A DNA stretch of 64,000 nucleotides from contig OZ245006.1 in the NCBI GenBank assembly GCA_965223545.1, positions 7,200,001 through 7,264,000 of the forward strand, given 5' to 3'. Both the position numbers and the translations under genes were made by a program. This stretch comes from Planctomycetota bacterium. Lineage in GTDB: Bacteria; Planctomycetota; UBA1135; UBA2386. Shown here piece after piece: positions 61,254-64,000 of the stretch (position 1 is the first letter of the stretch; each line of letters begins with the position of its first letter). The notes beneath the pieces are model-generated. The model ran no database searches. It was not told the origin of the DNA and worked only from the letters and a program-made list of their open reading frames with translations.

Positions 61254-62366
61254 ATGCTTGCCCAGCGAGTGCGGCGGATCGAGCCGAGTGGCATCCGCCG
61301 CATCTTCGAGCTCATGGCGACGATGGAGGATCCGATCAATCTCTCCATCGGCCAGGCCGATTACGACCCGCCGGAGGCGTTGGTCGAAGCGGCGTGCCGC
61401 GCCATCCGCAATGGCCACAACCGCTACACGACCACGCAGGGCTTGGCCGGCCTCAACGAGCGGGTGCTCGACATGGTGGCGGCGCGCTACGGCCACCGTC
61501 CGCCGGCGAGTCTGATCACTGCCGGAGTCTCCGGCGGGATCCTGCTGTCGTTTCTCGCCCTGCTCGATCCGGGCGACGAGATCCTGCTGCCGGATCCCAA
61601 CTTCATGATGTACCGGCACCTCGCCGAGCTGTGTGGGGCGACGGTGCGGACGTACAGCCTCTACCCGCGCTTCCATCTGGACCCCGACGAGATCGGCGCG
61701 CTGGTCAACGAGAAGACCAAGGTGGTCTTCATCAACTCGCCCAGCAATCCGACCGGCGGCGTGCTGTCGCGCGCGGAAGTCGAGGCGGTGGCGGCCGCTG
61801 CCGACCGGGTCGGCGCCTACGTGATCTCGGACGAGATCTACGACGGCTTCGTCTACGCCGACGAGTTTGCCTCGCCGGTCGGCCTCAGCGAGCGGGTGAT
61901 CCAGCTGTCCGGATTCAGCAAGACCTACGGCGTGCCCGGCTGGCGGATGGGATACGCCACGGGGCCGGTCGAGGTGCTGGACGCGATCAAGACGCTGCAG
62001 CAGTTCAGCTTCGTGTGCGCGCCGGCGCCGTTCCAGCACGCCATCCTCGAAGCCGCGTTCGACCTGGACATGACGCCCTACCTGGATGCCTACCGGCGCA
62101 AGCGCGACCGCCTGGTCGAGGGCCTGCACCCGGCCTACGACTTGGTGCCGCCGGAGGGCTCGTTCTACGCCTTCCCCTCGCTGCCCGGGGGCGTCGCCGA
62201 GGGGGCGTTCATCGAGGCGGCGCTGGAGAACAAGCTGCTGGTCGTGCCCGGCAGCGCGTTCAGCGCGCGCGATACGCATTTTCGCCTGTCGTTCGCCGCC
62301 AGTGACGCCGACCTCGAGCGCGGCCTCGACGTGCTCGGCCGGTTGGCGACTGCTCTGGCGCAGTGA
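61254..62366 (+). CDS. PLP-dependent class I/II aminotransferase
   Basis: Motifs INLSIGQ, NSPSNPTG, SDEIY and GFSKTYGVPGWRMG. Confidence 0.93.
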   Translation: MLAQRVRRIEPSGIRRIFELMATMEDPINLSIGQADYDPPEALVEAACRAIRNGHNRYTTTQGLAGLNERVLDMVAARYGHRPPASLITAGVSGGILLSFLALLDPGDEILLPDPNFMMYRHLAELCGATVRTYSLYPRFHLDPDEIGALVNEKTKVVFINSPSNPTGGVLSRAEVEAVAAAADRVGAYVISDEIYDGFVYADEFASPVGLSERVIQLSGFSKTYGVPGWRMGYATGPVEVLDAIKTLQQFSFVCAPAPFQHAILEAAFDLDMTPYLDAYRRKRDRLVEGLHPAYDLVPPEGSFYAFPSLPGGVAEGAFIEAALENKLLVVPGSAFSARDTHFRLSFAASDADLERGLDVLGRLATALAQ

Positions 62367-63121
62367 GTGGCGGCGCGCCGGCTGGGCCTGCGGCGCCGCT
62401 GGTCGAGATCTTCGGCTCGATCCAGGGGGAGGGGCGCCACGTCGGCGCCGGCATGGCGTTCGTGCGCGTCGCGCGCTGTCCGGTGCGCTGCACCTATTGC
62501 GACACGCCGCACAGCTACGACGTGGCGGAACACGCCATCGTGCACGGGCGTACCGGTGAAGAACGCGAACCCAACCCGGTGTCGGCGGCGCGCGCGGCAG
62601 CGCTGGTCGAACAGCTCGGCGCGCCGTGGTCGGGCTGCGTCTCGGTCACCGGTGGCGAGCCGCTGCTCTACCCGGAGTTCGTCGCCGCCCTGGCAGCCGC
62701 GGTGGCGCCGGCCACCGTCCACTTGGAGACCGCGGCCCTGCACCCCGACGCGCTGCGCGCCTGCATCGGCGGCCTGCACCACGTCAGTGCCGACTACAAG
62801 CTGCCGGGCACCCTCGAACGCGGCGACTACGCCGCGCGCCACGTCGAGTGCGTGCGGATCGCGGCCGAGTCGGGTTGCGCGGTCGACGTCAAGATGGTGA
62901 TCACCTCCGCGGTGACCGACGCCGCGGTCGACGCCGCGCTCGACCGCCTGTCCCCGTTCCGCAGACAAGTCCTGCTGGTGTTCCAGCCGGTGACCCCGTT
63001 CGGCGCCGAGACCGCCACCGTTCCGACCGCACGCCTGCTCGCCCTGGCCGAGCGCGCTGCCGCGCGAGGGTTGAGCCCCCGCGTCCTGCCCCAGGTCCAC
63101 CGCACCCTTGGCTGCAACTGA
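62363..63121 (+). CDS. queE: 7-carboxy-7-deazaguanine synthase-like radical SAM protein
   Basis: Motifs EIFGSIQGEG, CPVRCTYCDT, TGGEPL and RVLPQVH. Confidence 0.88.
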   Translation: MSGGAPAGPAAPLVEIFGSIQGEGRHVGAGMAFVRVARCPVRCTYCDTPHSYDVAEHAIVHGRTGEEREPNPVSAARAAALVEQLGAPWSGCVSVTGGEPLLYPEFVAALAAAVAPATVHLETAALHPDALRACIGGLHHVSADYKLPGTLERGDYAARHVECVRIAAESGCAVDVKMVITSAVTDAAVDAALDRLSPFRRQVLLVFQPVTPFGAETATVPTARLLALAERAAARGLSPRVLPQVHRTLGCN

Positions 63122-63207
63122 ACGTACGGAGTCCGGCTCGATTTTCTCGCTTCGCGCACGGCGCAGCCGTGCGCGAAGCGAGAAAATCGAGCCGGACTCC
63201 GTACGTT
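63121..63207. repeat. Perfect palindrome made of two REP-like repeat copies (E and F)
   Basis: 42-bp arms (63121-63162 and 63166-63207) with no mismatch around a GCA loop. Confidence 0.95.
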
Positions 63208-63221
63208 TCGCGAGGACGCTC

Positions 63222-64000
63222 TTGGCTCGTCGATCGCCGGTCTTGCTGGTGTTGCTGGTCTCTCTGGTCTCGCTGATCGCGGTGGGGAGTGCGCGGGCGC
63301 AGGGGGAGGTGTCGGTGCCGCCGGTTTCGCTGGCGCCGTTCGGGGCGCTCGACGCGTTGGGCGAGAAGTCGTCCTGTCGGCGTTGTGGGCGCACGGGTCA
63401 CCGCGCCTGCAAGCGCCACGGGCGCGATGGTCTGGCTGTGGAGGCCGCGGTGGTGCACTGCAGCGTTGCCACCGAGTGTCGCGAATGCGCAGGCGCGCTG
63501 GCGCGCGATTGCGCGCACTGCGCGGTTGCCGCGGTCGAGGTCGCCCTCGATGAGCGTCGCCGCGCGCACGCGGACTGGCTCGCCGCGCAGCGCGCGCGTG
63601 TCGATGCGCACCTGGACGGAGACACCGTGTTGCACGCGCAGTCCGCGCACGTCGACCTCGCGTTCGGCATCGGTCCGTTGACCGTGGGCCGCGCCAAGCT
63701 CGACGGGCACCGGCTGATGCACCTCTATCTCGAGCGGTTGGAGGCGCTGCGCAGCGACGTGCTCGAGGTCTTCGGCTTGTCGGACGCCGACTTCTCGACG
63801 CGGCTGACCGTGCTGATGTTTGCCGACCGCGAGCACCACCGGCAGCTCGCACCGCGGGTGGCCGGCGGCGGGGCCGAGGCCGTCGGCATGAAGCAGATGG
63901 GCGTCGAGGCGACCTATTGCATGTGGCACGACCGGCGGCTGATGCCCGGAGACGAGGAGCTGCATCGCACCGTCGTGCACAACGTCGCCCATCTGTTGCT
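63222..64000 (+). CDS. Secreted Cys-rich hypothetical protein, truncated by the window end
   Basis: Absent from the ORF track because it has no stop in the window. Signal peptide, CRRC..CKRH..C..CREC..CAHC, then HNVAH at the edge. Confidence 0.7.
   Translation, partial: MARRSPVLLVLLVSLVSLIAVGSARAQGEVSVPPVSLAPFGALDALGEKSSCRRCGRTGHRACKRHGRDGLAVEAAVVHCSVATECRECAGALARDCAHCAVAAVEVALDERRRAHADWLAAQRARVDAHLDGDTVLHAQSAHVDLAFGIGPLTVGRAKLDGHRLMHLYLERLEALRSDVLEVFGLSDADFSTRLTVLMFADREHHRQLAPRVAGGGAEAVGMKQMGVEATYCMWHDRRLMPGDEELHRTVVHNVAHLL

Noticed and set aside
63119..63207. Sec readthrough of the queE TGA, since a hairpin follows it
   Set aside because: QueE is complete at this point, and the hairpin belongs to the dispersed repeat family.
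63115..63212. Integron attC site (AAC...GTT ends after a stop codon)
   Set aside because: There are no extrahelical bases, GTTTCGC does not fit GTTRRRY, there is no integrase, and the flanking gene is housekeeping.

Overview
A 64 kb, very GC-rich chromosomal window. It is most likely from a PVC-superphylum bacterium (Planctomycetota-like), based on a PVC-type small basic protein gene, an ECF sigma factor with a long C-terminal extension, a Ser/Thr kinase-TPR protein and many secreted beta-propeller proteins. Core genes include acnA, ndk, hslU, clpS, rnpA, yidD, queE, a beta-carbonic anhydrase, an NFACT/RqcH-like protein and a MATE transporter. Mobile or repeated DNA consists of a complete-looking class C-type group II intron inserted inside a 34-bp-arm palindrome, a neighbouring RAYT-like HUH Y1 transposase, and a dispersed ~33-42 bp repeat family found as singlets, a perfect hairpin doublet and an inverted pair enclosing a small ORF. 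The main unannotated signals are: (1) two in-frame UGA codons with SECIS-like hairpins, one giving a UxxC tail on the last gene of a MoxR-DUF58-VWA (Bat-like) operon and one giving a CxxU AhpD-like peroxidase; (2) a ~120-aa C-terminal domain shared by five otherwise different secreted repeat proteins, a candidate lineage-specific sorting or anchoring domain. All calls come from reading motifs by eye; no database search was run, and several start codons are estimates. No rRNA, tRNA or CRISPR array was seen.
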